Below the pieces are notes generated by a model. The model ran no database searches. It saw only the letters and a list, made by a program, of their open reading frames with translations, and had not been told where the DNA came from. From an uncultured Christensenellaceae bacterium (GTDB lineage Bacteria > Bacillota > Clostridia > Christensenellales > UBA3700), in NCBI GenBank assembly GCA_944380355.1, contig CALWHJ010000006.1, positions 18,490 through 82,489 on the forward strand: a stretch of 64,000 nucleotides of DNA, written 5' to 3'. Both the position numbers and the translations under genes were made by a program. Shown here in pieces: positions 1 through 9,703 of this stretch. Position 1 is the first letter of the stretch; the number at the start of each line of letters is the position of its first letter.

Positions 1-3000
1 ACGGTATATACGCCCGCATCCTTTATCTCATTTACGACAACACCGTCTTTCTCGATAGTATAATCGTATATGAGTTGTTCGCCCTGAACGTCTTCGGGCA
101 ATACAAACAAGCTTGCAAAGTCGTCAAATACCTCACCGTCATAAGTCTTAGTCTGACCCTCGAGTGCGGTTACGCTTACCTGTACTTTATCAATAGTGAG
201 TTCGCTTACGGCATTGAATCCGTCTGCCCACTTATAGTTGCTCTTGCCTGCCTCAAATTCGGGAATTACTGCCGTTACGCTGTAGGTGCCTGCGTCAACC
301 GCGCTTTTTACAGGTGCGCCGTCCTTTGCATAAGCTACCGTAACTGCATCCTGTCCGTAAAGAATACCCTCGCTGAGCTCGAATACGGCAACCTTTGCAG
401 TGCCGTCATAAAGCTTGTTTTCGGGAAGAATAACGCTTCCGTTGAGCGTAGCCTGTTCTACGGTGAACTGTACGCTTGCCTGAGCGCATTCGATATCGTT
501 GACTTCCTCGGAAGGAATTACAGCGTCTGCCGTAATCGTATATACGCCGGCATTGATTATCTGCTCGCTGGCGTTTACGGTTATGGGGAAAATCTGAGAG
601 AGGTATTCAGGTGCGGTAAACAATGCGTTCATCTCGTCCTGAGTCATTGCCTCGCTGTCATATACGGAAGTCAATTTTGCTCCGTCCTGCTCGGTTCCTA
701 TCGTAAGTACCGCTTTGTTGACGGTGTAAATTTCGTTAACGTCTTGAGCTGCATAGTTTGACTCTGCAAGACTTGCGGTTACCGTATATTCTCCTGCGTG
801 CTGTATTACAGCCTCAACGTCGCCGAGCATCGTCTTGAAGTTGAGCGTAAGAGGATTGCCGTCGATATCTACGGGTACCTCAAAGAGGTCTGCAGGATTG
901 AGTACGCCTCTGTTGTAATCGTGAGAGAACTGTACGTCCGCTTTCTTTTCGATTACGATGGTCTTGGGTGCAACGCTGAAGCTCTTGCTTGCGTTGTTGA
1001 GTACTACGTTTTCGTCATCGAGAGTTACGTTGACGACATAGTCGCCTGCATTGATTACTTCATCAACGGGCTGACCTTCTGCATCTGTATAAGAGTATAC
1101 GTATTCAAAAGGATATTCTCCCTTGCCGTATACAGCGTTCATATGATTGAGTCCGTCGTATTCGAGATTGCTTACGCCGCCTATAGGTCCTTCGAGTACG
1201 AGTACCTGTATCGTCTTGTCAACGCCTGCGCCGTAAGTTATCTCATAGTTGGAGTTGCCGTCGGAAAGTCCTATCGCACCGATTTTGATATTGACTACCG
1301 TGCCTACAGGCATACCCTGTACGTACTCTTCGCCACCCGCGGTAATAGCGTATTCGCTAATCCACGCACTTGCATAGTACTGTCCGGATACTGCCTTGAT
1401 TTGTATCTTGCCGATAATATCGTCTATGCTGTCATAATAGGTTACTTCGTTTGTTCCGAAGTCTGCGTCTACCGTCAAAGGAGCGGGCAATACTTGTACC
1501 TCGATATTCTTGTCGAAGTTCAAATCCAAAGTACCGCCGCTAGTCTGTACGCCGCTCTGAGGAGCGTATACGTAAGATGCAGAATCGCTGTAAATATAGG
1601 TTACGCCGCCGTAAACTGTCGACGAATATCCGCTGCCCGCGATTACTGCGTCCAAATCGGGTATAGCGGTATAAGTTGCGTTTGCGTCGATACTGTTGGC
1701 GCAGGTATATACCCCCTCGAGAGAGCCGACCTTCTGAGAAGCATTGTCATAGAGTGCTACAGAGGGACTCTGCACGTTCTGATAGTCGTAATACTTTGTA
1801 GCCGTATAAGCCGAGCCGCTGTCACCCGTAATCGCGAGTTTGTCGCTCTCGAGTTTTACGCTGCCGTGTCCTGCCATTACTGCCGAAAGATTGAGATTGT
1901 AATTTTTTCCGTCAGTAGGGCTCAACGCAGGTACCGAAAGCCATACCGTCTCTTCGCTTTCGCCTTCTTTGAGCATCAGCGAAGACATTACGTATTGCTG
2001 CTGTCCGGCATTACTAATTTTAGCAACGAGTTCGGCAGAATTAGGAGCAACCTTCTTCGCGCCGTAGAAAGCTATGTTTTCCTCTCCGTCGAATCTGGCA
2101 TTAGCAGACGCGGGGAAAACGGTAACGCCGGAAATGTTATTCTTTTTACCGGATATCCACGACGTGCTGGCTCCTTCGACAAAATACATATTCGATACGC
2201 TGATCGGACCGCCGCTGTTGCCGTCCCAACCTACGACTATACCCACGGAAGTCTGGTCGTTATAGTTCATTTTGGTACGGATAATATTTGTATCGATTAC
2301 TGCAGGATAAGAAATAATAATACCGTTGACATTGTAAGTGCCGTTGTTCATATATCCCACTACAAGTCCCGTCTTGGTAGCGTTGTATCTATAACTGCCA
2401 GTGCTTTCGTTGCGGATAGTAATTTTCGAAGAAGCGTTACCTGCAAAAGTAATGCGGTTAAGATTGACAGTACCGCCGCCTTCCGCAGACGCTATAAAAC
2501 CGCCTAAATCATGGAAACCGTCGCTGTGAGAGAAGAAGTTTCCGCCTGTTCTCCAACCGTTGATGGAAAAACCGTAATTGCCCGTAGTTACGTTTTCGAC
2601 CGTGGTGTCCTCTATCGTGGTGTCGCCTTGAGTTTCGCCTATGAGACCGCCCAGTCGGATATACGCACCGTCACCTCTCGAGGTGTTCTGAAAGAAATAG
2701 AAGTCGGAAGTACCGTTGCCCTCGTTGGTAGGACTCCATGCAAGCGTAACGCATACGTTGCTGAATACTGCGCCGCCCGTAGCCGAGCCAGCAAATACGC
2801 CGCATGAGGTATCGTTGCTATCAGTACCAACAATAAACTTCGATGCCAAAACGGTAAGATTTTTGATAGTACCGCCGTCAACCGTTTTGAATACACCGCC
2901 TACCAAATCGCTGTTGGTGCTTCTGTTGGTAATATCGAGCGTAATCGTATAACCGTTACCGTCGAGAATACCTTTAAACGTAGTAGAGGTATCGACATCC

Positions 3001-3323
3001 GTAAGGGTAATATCTCCCATCAGGATATAATTACCTGTAGGATTTGCCTTAACCGCCGAAAAATCGTTGCCGGAATCACCTCCGATTTCGGTATATCCCG
3101 TGGTCGCGCCCGATTGCTTTTGCGCTACGGTACCGTCTTTGGCAACGCCGTTAGTACCGCTGTAGGTATTTACAGCCGTATTGTCGGTACCGATGTTGCC
3201 GCCTGCGCCTTCGTATACATTGTCGTACGCGCCCATAACAGCCATCAGCGAAAACAACAACGCTGCAACGAGCAATACGGCAACAACCGAAAGTACTGCG
3301 ACTTTAGTTTTTTTGTTAACCAT
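1..3323 (-). CDS. Large secreted/cell-surface protein with N-terminal beta-helix/GLUG-like region and tandem MBG/Ig-like repeats (3' end runs off the window)
   Basis: Absent from the ORF track, consistent with no stop inside the window. ATG at 3323 with an AGGAGG RBS. Manual translation gives MVNKKTKVAVLSVVAVLLVAALLFSLM (signal peptide), FKGILDGNGYTI and LGGLIG motifs, then repeated YDG...(N/D/H)AGxYTVT...SNY modules, apparently open to position 3. The long + strand ORFs here are in-register antisense shadows. Confidence 0.85.
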   Translation of the reverse strand, partial: MVNKKTKVAVLSVVAVLLVAALLFSLMAVMGAYDNVYEGAGGNIGTDNTAVNTYSGTNGVAKDGTVAQKQSGATTGYTEIGGDSGNDFSAVKANPTGNYILMGDITLTDVDTSTTFKGILDGNGYTITLDITNRSTNSDLVGGVFKTVDGGTIKNLTVLASKFIVGTDSNDTSCGVFAGSATGGAVFSNVCVTLAWSPTNEGNGTSDFYFFQNTSRGDGAYIRLGGLIGETQGDTTIEDTTVENVTTGNYGFSINGWRTGGNFFSHSDGFHDLGGFIASAEGGGTVNLNRITFAGNASSKITIRNESTGSYRYNATKTGLVVGYMNNGTYNVNGIIISYPAVIDTNIIRTKMNYNDQTSVGIVVGWDGNSGGPISVSNMYFVEGASTSWISGKKNNISGVTVFPASANARFDGEENIAFYGAKKVAPNSAELVAKISNAGQQQYVMSSLMLKEGESEETVWLSVPALSPTDGKNYNLNLSAVMAGHGSVKLESDKLAITGDSGSAYTATKYYDYQNVQSPSVALYDNASQKVGSLEGVYTCANSIDANATYTAIPDLDAVIAGSGYSSTVYGGVTYIYSDSASYVYAPQSGVQTSGGTLDLNFDKNIEVQVLPAPLTVDADFGTNEVTYYDSIDDIIGKIQIKAVSGQYYASAWISEYAITAGGEEYVQGMPVGTVVNIKIGAIGLSDGNSNYEITYGAGVDKTIQVLVLEGPIGGVSNLEYDGLNHMNAVYGKGEYPFEYVYSYTDAEGQPVDEVINAGDYVVNVTLDDENVVLNNASKSFSVAPKTIVIEKKADVQFSHDYNRGVLNPADLFEVPVDIDGNPLTLNFKTMLGDVEAVIQHAGEYTVTASLAESNYAAQDVNEIYTVNKAVLTIGTEQDGAKLTSVYDSEAMTQDEMNALFTAPEYLSQIFPITVNASEQIINAGVYTITADAVIPSEEVNDIECAQASVQFTVEQATLNGSVILPENKLYDGTAKVAVFELSEGILYGQDAVTVAYAKDGAPVKSAVDAGTYSVTAVIPEFEAGKSNYKWADGFNAVSELTIDKVQVSVTALEGQTKTYDGEVFDDFASLFVLPEDVQGEQLIYDYTIEKDGVVVNEIKDAGVYT

Positions 3324-4034
3324 AATCCTTTTCCTCCTTACTAGAATGAAAAATTTCAAAAAAGTTTACAAAGCGCGTTTTGCTTTTAGCCTTATCTGCG
3401 TGCCGAGATGTATGTTTTTTACAGATATTTTACCATTTTATCCATAAAACAGTATTCACGGTATAGCAAAGCGTGCGCCACGCGCCTCTTATGCATTATA
3501 ATGTTATCATGGTTTATGCTTTTATGTCAATTCATTATTTGGCATATAGGACGATTAACGGGGGAATTTTTTTGCGATATAGCACGATTTTACGCAAATT
3601 TCGCGGTGCAAAATTAAAGCAACCTTAAACTGCGTATTTTACCTCGCTTGCAAACGACATTTTGCGGTATTTTTATATAATTTTATATTATTTAATTGGA
3701 AAATTTTACCATAATGTACATATTTTGTATTTTATCAATATTTTTTTACACAAAAACAATATTTCATCGGCTTAAATATCGTTTTTTCTGTTCGCACACT
3801 CACATAGGTATATACGCACTGACACTATTTAGATTGACGCCGTTGAAAGTATAGATTTGATTTTATTTATTAATCATTAATCGGTTTATATAATATATGC
3901 GCTCCGTATGCGCGCATTTTCAATACGTAAATCAGCAATTTTACGCTTATTATACACTGACTGTATAATTTAGCCGATTTTCTGTATGTTTTTAGTCGAA
4001 TTTTTGACAATTGCCACTGCTTAAACTGACGGTA

Positions 4035-4064
4035 TTGACCCAAGTCGGGATTTTATTATATAAT
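4035..4064 (+). promoter_or_regulatory. Putative sigma-A promoter of the GH43 gene
   Basis: TTGACC-18 bp-TATAAT, 40 bp upstream of ATG 4105. Confidence 0.5.
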
Positions 4065-4104
4065 ATTCTTATCAAATCAATAATAAATGTTATAAAAGGT
4101 CAGT

Positions 4105-5130
4105 ATGAAAAAACAGTTAAAAATCGTAATCGTAGCAATCGCTTGTCTTCTCGTGGTATCGGCAATAGTCGTGCCTAGCGTTTTGTTTGCTCTTGGGTAT
4201 ATCGACTATATAGAGCCTGCCGTTTCGCAGGAAGGCAAATATCTCCTGGTATACTTTTCGGGTAATCTTCCCGAGGAAGAGCGTATAAAGTATGCCGTAA
4301 GCGAGGACGGCTACAACTTCTCTCCTCTCAATAACAATCAGCCCGTAGTTACTCAGACTGTGGGTACAGGGTGCGCCCGCGACCCCTTTATCATAAGAGG
4401 AGAGGACGGTTGCTTTTATCTAATGGCTACCGATATGAGAAGCGAACTGGGCTGGACATCCAATCACGCTATCGTAACCTGGAAATCCACCGACCTCATC
4501 AACTGGACGGAAGAAACGCTGATTGACTTGAAAGCCGTAAAATCTCCCCTATCCAACCGCGCGTGGGCACCTCAGGCAATCTGGGACGAGGATAAGGAAA
4601 TGTATATGATTTATCTCTCGGCAAGCGTATGGCTTGACGAAAATCAAACGCAGTCTTCGATAACCTCTATCTGGGGTATGTATACAAAAGACTTCAAGAC
4701 AATCGAAGGCGAGCCTTTTGAGTTATTCCGCGCCCCTGAAGGCAAGGACGCAATCGACGCCGATATAGTCAAGGGCGATGACGGCATATATTATATGTAC
4801 TATAAGGACGAAAACAAGGCTACGATTTGCTATGCTACTTGCGATACCCTCGCGGGCACTTATACCGCGCCCGATGACAATATAGTCAACGTGCGTTACG
4901 AAGGCGTAGAAGGTAACTTTATGTACCGCATCGCGGGTACGGATACCTACGTAATGATGATGGACAGCTACAAGCACGACAGATTTTATATACAGCAGAC
5001 CACCGATATGGTGCACTTCAAGCGCGTAGCTTTCTCCGATTACAGCTTTGACTTTGCACCCCGCCACGGCGCGATATTGCATATCTCCAACAAAGAATAC
5101 GCATCCTTAGTCGAAGCTTTCGGCAAATAA
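4105..5130 (+). CDS. Glycoside hydrolase family 43 protein with N-terminal signal/anchor
   Basis: Motifs YLLVYFSG...YAVSEDG, RDPFIIRG..YLMATD, WAPQAIWDE, IDADI and EG, typical of the GH43 five-bladed propeller. Confidence 0.85.
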   Translation: MKKQLKIVIVAIACLLVVSAIVVPSVLFALGYIDYIEPAVSQEGKYLLVYFSGNLPEEERIKYAVSEDGYNFSPLNNNQPVVTQTVGTGCARDPFIIRGEDGCFYLMATDMRSELGWTSNHAIVTWKSTDLINWTEETLIDLKAVKSPLSNRAWAPQAIWDEDKEMYMIYLSASVWLDENQTQSSITSIWGMYTKDFKTIEGEPFELFRAPEGKDAIDADIVKGDDGIYYMYYKDENKATICYATCDTLAGTYTAPDDNIVNVRYEGVEGNFMYRIAGTDTYVMMMDSYKHDRFYIQQTTDMVHFKRVAFSDYSFDFAPRHGAILHISNKEYASLVEAFGK

Positions 5131-5280
5131 CGCAAAAGCTTTGTCTGCAACAACGACAAAACTCACAAAACAAAAAAAAGACGGGCAACCGTCTTTTTTC
5201 ACTCAACCGAATTATACGCTCGTTATGAAAAAGGAATTTATATTTTAAATTATAATATTGCCCGACAAATAATTGCTCTT

Positions 5281-5585
5281 GCGCCGCAGGACAGCAGGCG
5301 GCATAGTGTAGAAGATAGCGGAATTTGTCTCTGTACGAGGCGAGACGCGCAGGCAATACTTGCCGTATTGTCAAGCAAAATAATACCTTCTAATATATAC
5401 ACTCTGCACCGCAGGACAGCAGGCGGCATATGCCCGAAGGGTACGAAGTAGTTTTAAGCCGTGGAATTTGCGTTTGCGCAAGGCGACGAGTGCAGACAAT
5501 ACTTGCCGTATTATCAAACGAGTCAACAAAGTGCAAACGCAAAGTACACGTTTAAAACCTTATGCCGCCTGCTGTACTGCGGTGC
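5281..5585. repeat. Long palindromic element (5406-5585) plus a partial upstream copy (5281-~5376)
   Basis: 25-bp arms GCACCGCAGGACAGCAGGCGGCATA (5406-5430) / TATGCCGCCTGCTGTACTGCGGTGC (5561-5585), one mismatch. Inner stems TTTGCGTTTGC/GCAAACGCAAA and AATAC-TTGCC-GTATT. The arm and core recur at 5281-5376. Confidence 0.85.
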
Positions 5586-7836
5586 TTAACCTAAACACAA
5601 CCACGCTTGCATCGTCCTTAAGTCCCAGCGCTTTTGCCTGATTGAGTATCTCGTCGCATATCTGACGGGGATTGAGAGAGGAAAGCACGTTGAGAATATG
5701 CCCAATTCCTTTGAGAGTGAGTGCGTCGGATATTCCGTCGGTAAACATAACTACCATTTCCCCTACGCTTAGGAGCTGTCGCTGCACTTGCGCACGCGCC
5801 TCTTCGACTATGCCTAAAGGCAAGGTATTGCTCTCTACAATCTGTATACTGTCAAGACGTTTGATTACGCTCTGCACTCCGCCTTGTTTGATAAAATCCA
5901 CTATACCGAGCTCCAGGTCAACCACGCACATATCGAGTGCGGAAAAGGTGTCTTTGGATACCACGCTGAGCAGTCTGTTTACGAGTGCGAGAGAGTTTAC
6001 GTTGTCGAATCCCGCTTTGTAATACGCGCTTACCATATCCAGCGCACTCTGACTTCCTGCACGCGCCTGAGTCCCGCTTCCCATTCCGTCGCACAATGCG
6101 ACAAGCACTTTATCCGTGCTGAGTTTTGTTACGCTGTAAGTATCTCCCGACGCACTCGACCCTTGTTTTGTATAACTCGCTACCGCGTAAGTCAGCGAAT
6201 ATTTAGGCGTACCCGTAAAGGTAAGACAGTATCTGTTGTCAGGAAGTTTTCTCTCCTCGCTCTTTTCCAAAGGACAGCGTATAAGCCTTGCCAAAACCTG
6301 AGTGAGTGCTTTTTTGTTTCTGTCGCCCTCACGCACGATAAGCGATACCGTACTCTTTCCTTTCTTGGTCAAAGTCATTACGTCGCTACATACGATATTG
6401 TTGTAACCCAACTCCTCGACTATACGCCTGTCGAGCTTGTCGTCGATATTGACGGTGCTTTTGACTTCTTCCTGCAATTCTCCCAGTATATTGCCTACGC
6501 CTTTAAGCTGTCCCGACATAAGCTTTTGGTCAACTTCGAATTCCTTGCCCGACGCATACTTGATATCGTAAGAAAGCGCAAGATGATTGCAGTTTGCCAA
6601 AAGCGCGGGAAGCTGTATACATTTGGAAGAAAGGTATTGAGGTAAATCCTCTATCGTGGCTTTACCCGAAGTAAGCACGGTAGTTACTACGCCCTCGATA
6701 AGCTTTTGCTGATTACCTCCCAACAAATTCTGACAATATTCTCTGTTGATACAGCCCGCACAGGTTTTGAGTAATATCTCTTCGGCTATCTTAGGTACAG
6801 CTTGTACGGGAGAAGGATACTTCACCACGCCCTTTGAATAAATATCCGACATCTCGTAAAACACTCCCGATACCAGCCCTATGCGCCTTGCCAGCTCCTG
6901 ACGCGAGCGGTTGACAAGCTCTTTCGCACTCTCTCTTCCGTACCCGGATTTGAATGCGGGAAGTTTTTTCATATATTTATCCGTAACCAAAGTAGTCAAA
7001 AGTACGCCCGCGGCAAATCCCGCGAGATTGAGATAGTAATTGCCGGCAAACGCCTCGAAATACAAGCCGCAAATCACGTGCGTGAGTATTGCCGCAAGTC
7101 CCGCAATCCATCTGTTTTGCACAAAACAATACGCCGTGAGAAACACGAGCAATACCGCTCCCGCCATTGCCAAATCTTCACGCCACAGCCCTCCTCCGAC
7201 TGCAGCCGCGCCTATGATGACAATGCCTTGCGTAAGCGACAGATTACGGTATGCATACGGCATAGCAATACCCAGCAACAACCAGTAAATTCTGAAACCG
7301 TAAATATCTATATAATAAATGCCGTTTGCCAAAAGAGCGACAAGTGCAAATCCGCCTATAATTTCGTCTACGCTGAGCATTCTGCCTATACCGCGCACGC
7401 CGACCGCGTAACATATCGTACAACACAGAAGACATACTACGACAAGACTGACCGAATATACTATCCCCTCGAGATTGATATAAGCGGGAAAATCAACAAA
7501 CATAGCGGGCAACGCGCTGAGCGCGGCATAAATAATTACCGCATACAGCCGCATAGGCTTGGCAAACAGATAATGAAGATACTTTGCCGCTACCATTATT
7601 ACGACGGGTGCGACTGCGTAGATTATGCCCCAAAGAGTATGGTCGAAAATAAGCGAAATGGCAAGATACATAGGGCTTAGCACCGCTATGCTGAAACGGC
7701 AGTAAACAAGCGCGATGTATATGCTCATCGCATAACCGCCGTAATCGGGCACTATCCGCGCTAAACTTAGCAATGCAATAAGTACGCCGAGAAAAATGTA
7801 GTTTTTGACGTGTATGAGTGCGCTGTTGATTTTCAT
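5560..7836 (-). CDS. spoIIE: Stage II sporulation protein E (membrane PP2C phosphatase)
   Basis: About 10 N-terminal TM segments, a CxxC...C central domain and a C-terminal PP2C domain (SGDTY, LCDGMGSG, FTDG, KDDASVV). Spo0A boxes lie upstream. Confidence 0.88.
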   Translation of the reverse strand: MKINSALIHVKNYIFLGVLIALLSLARIVPDYGGYAMSIYIALVYCRFSIAVLSPMYLAISLIFDHTLWGIIYAVAPVVIMVAAKYLHYLFAKPMRLYAVIIYAALSALPAMFVDFPAYINLEGIVYSVSLVVVCLLCCTICYAVGVRGIGRMLSVDEIIGGFALVALLANGIYYIDIYGFRIYWLLLGIAMPYAYRNLSLTQGIVIIGAAAVGGGLWREDLAMAGAVLLVFLTAYCFVQNRWIAGLAAILTHVICGLYFEAFAGNYYLNLAGFAAGVLLTTLVTDKYMKKLPAFKSGYGRESAKELVNRSRQELARRIGLVSGVFYEMSDIYSKGVVKYPSPVQAVPKIAEEILLKTCAGCINREYCQNLLGGNQQKLIEGVVTTVLTSGKATIEDLPQYLSSKCIQLPALLANCNHLALSYDIKYASGKEFEVDQKLMSGQLKGVGNILGELQEEVKSTVNIDDKLDRRIVEELGYNNIVCSDVMTLTKKGKSTVSLIVREGDRNKKALTQVLARLIRCPLEKSEERKLPDNRYCLTFTGTPKYSLTYAVASYTKQGSSASGDTYSVTKLSTDKVLVALCDGMGSGTQARAGSQSALDMVSAYYKAGFDNVNSLALVNRLLSVVSKDTFSALDMCVVDLELGIVDFIKQGGVQSVIKRLDSIQIVESNTLPLGIVEEARAQVQRQLLSVGEMVVMFTDGISDALTLKGIGHILNVLSSLNPRQICDEILNQAKALGLKDDASVVVFRLSTAVQQAA

Positions 7837-7877
7837 AAGTACAAGGTACTATATCCGCCCGCGCTCAATTTGCACAC

Positions 7878-7907
7878 TTTTGACGAATGATTTGTTCTTT
7901 TGACGAT
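7878..7907. promoter_or_regulatory. Two Spo0A boxes upstream of spoIIE
   Basis: TTTTGACGAA (7878-7887) and TTTTGACGAT (7898-7907) match the 0A box TGNCGAA (0 and 1 mismatch), 20 bp apart. Confidence 0.65.
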
Positions 7908-7943
7908 TTTTATCAAGGCGCAAAACGCGACCGCCTATACGTA

Positions 7944-8600
7944 TTACTCCTCTTCCACGTATTTTACGCGCTTTGAAAGTTTTCTGCCCGTCGCAAGCGA
8001 CATAGGCAAATAAAACGCTGTCATATTACCCGTCTTGACGCTCTCGAGCGCGCCGTATGGCGTAATACACACCTTGCTTTCCCCGAATACCGCAAGCACG
8101 TATTTGCCCGCATAAAGAGCGAATGCCCGCGCGCATACCAAAGCCTCCGTATCGGTCTTGCCGCCGCTAAGGCATATTACGTAACGGCTTGTGCTTGCAA
8201 ACTCCCACAGCTCGGGATATTTAATGTCGCCTCCCGCGAATACGCAAAGTTTGCCCATACTCGTAGCGTATCTTCTGAGCGCACTGCCCGACGATATACC
8301 CTCTTCTTTGGGATTGATGCAATCGCTTACGCCGAGGATTTTACCTCTGTCTATAACCACCGCGCTTTCATACTTTTTGTTTGCCGTATCGGCGGTCATA
8401 CCCGCTACTATTATCACCTGCTTATGCTTGGAAAACCTCGCCAGCCTCAACAGTACGTCGCTTGCGCCTTTAAGCTCGTCGGGAAGATTTACCCGCCCCG
8501 CTACGCAGGGCGAAAGCACGAGTATATCCCCCGTGGAAACCACACCGTTGTAGTCGGCTGTTACTTCGTCAATATCCGTATTGTCAAAACAGAATACCAT
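7944..8600 (-). CDS. Degenerate carbon-nitrogen hydrolase (nitrilase-fold) protein
   Basis: Segments IIVAG...KYESAVVIDRGKILG and TSMGKLCVFAGGDIKYPE follow the nitrilase-fold pattern, but the catalytic E/K/C appear replaced. Confidence 0.6.
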   Translation of the reverse strand: MVFCFDNTDIDEVTADYNGVVSTGDILVLSPCVAGRVNLPDELKGASDVLLRLARFSKHKQVIIVAGMTADTANKKYESAVVIDRGKILGVSDCINPKEEGISSGSALRRYATSMGKLCVFAGGDIKYPELWEFASTSRYVICLSGGKTDTEALVCARAFALYAGKYVLAVFGESKVCITPYGALESVKTGNMTAFYLPMSLATGRKLSKRVKYVEEE

Positions 8601-8671
8601 ACCTCATAGTATGAAAAATTTTAAAATCTTGCTACGGAAATTTTCGGCACACTTTCAGATAGAGTTATAAA

Positions 8672-8696
8672 AAAGACCGCTTTAAAAACGGTCTTT
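8672..8696. terminator. Intrinsic terminator after metA
   Basis: AAAGACCG-loop-CGGTCTTT hairpin with a flanking A tract (U tract on minus). Confidence 0.65.
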
Positions 8697-8716
8697 CAGT
8701 TATACGCTGACGCGGT

Positions 8717-9652
8717 TTATTTTTGTTTGTCGGTCTCTTTCAATCCCTCTTCGAAAGAATAAGGCGTAACCTGATATACATAGTAGTTGAGCCAGTTGTT
8801 GAACAAGAGATAAGCCGTGCTTCTCCACGAGAGGTCGATATTGTAAAGTCCGTCGTCTTCGAAATAGTTGACGGGTCTTTCTATCTTCAGCCCCTTGTCC
8901 AAATCGCGCAGATACTCTTTCTTGAGCGTAGTACGGTCGTATTCGCTGTGTCCCGTAAGGAAAAATCTCTTGCCGTCTTCGCTCTTGATTATACACGCTC
9001 CGCACTCCTTTCCGCCGGCAAGCACCTTTAGCCCTTCGACCTTTCTCAAAGCGTCCTCGTCTATTGCGGTGTGGCGCGACATAGGTATATACATTCTGTC
9101 GTTCATACCCTTCAAAAGCATATCGTACTTATCCTCGGCGCGCACTTCGTATATACCGAAAAGCTTGCTGTCCAAAAGACGTTTGTTTATGCCGTAATGA
9201 TGATAAAGCCCCGCCTGCGCTCCCCAACAAATATGCACGGTGGACGTAACGTGAGTAGTCGACCAGTCCATTATCTTGACCAGCTCCTGCCAATACGCAA
9301 CCTCTTCGAATTCCATATGTTCGACGGGCGCACCCGTGATAATCATACCGTCAAAGTATCTGTCCTTGATTTCGTCGAAAACCTTGTAGAATTTCTGCAT
9401 ATGGCTTATGGGCGTATTCTTTGCAATATAGCTGTCCATATTGACAAGCGTTACGTTTATCTGCAAAGAGGAATTGCCCAGCAGTCGCATAAGCTGAGTT
9501 TCCGTCTCTATCTTGGTAGGCATCAGGTTGACTATGGCTATCTCGATAGGTCTTATATCCTGACTTATTGCTCGCGCGCTCGTCATTACGAAAATCTTCT
9601 CTTTCGTAAGCACGTCAAACGCGGGCAGCTCTTTGGGTATTACTATTGGCAT
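8717..9652 (-). CDS. metA: Homoserine O-acyltransferase, MetA family (probably acetyltransferase)
   Basis: QDIRP, NLMP, DGMIITGAPVE, HICWGAQA and GHSEY motifs; clustered with metY. Confidence 0.95.
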   Translation of the reverse strand: MPIVIPKELPAFDVLTKEKIFVMTSARAISQDIRPIEIAIVNLMPTKIETETQLMRLLGNSSLQINVTLVNMDSYIAKNTPISHMQKFYKVFDEIKDRYFDGMIITGAPVEHMEFEEVAYWQELVKIMDWSTTHVTSTVHICWGAQAGLYHHYGINKRLLDSKLFGIYEVRAEDKYDMLLKGMNDRMYIPMSRHTAIDEDALRKVEGLKVLAGGKECGACIIKSEDGKRFFLTGHSEYDRTTLKKEYLRDLDKGLKIERPVNYFEDDGLYNIDLSWRSTAYLLFNNWLNYYVYQVTPYSFEEGLKETDKQK

Positions 9653-9703
9653 ACTTTCTCCTTGCGGGCAAAAGAAAATTGCCCGCTTTTTTTCATACTG
9701 TAA

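Noticed and set aside
75-2807. Long + strand ORFs 75-761, 798-2507 and 2511-2807
   Set aside because: They are in-register antisense shadows of the minus-strand surface protein, with Cys/Tyr/Arg-rich implausible composition and no RBS.
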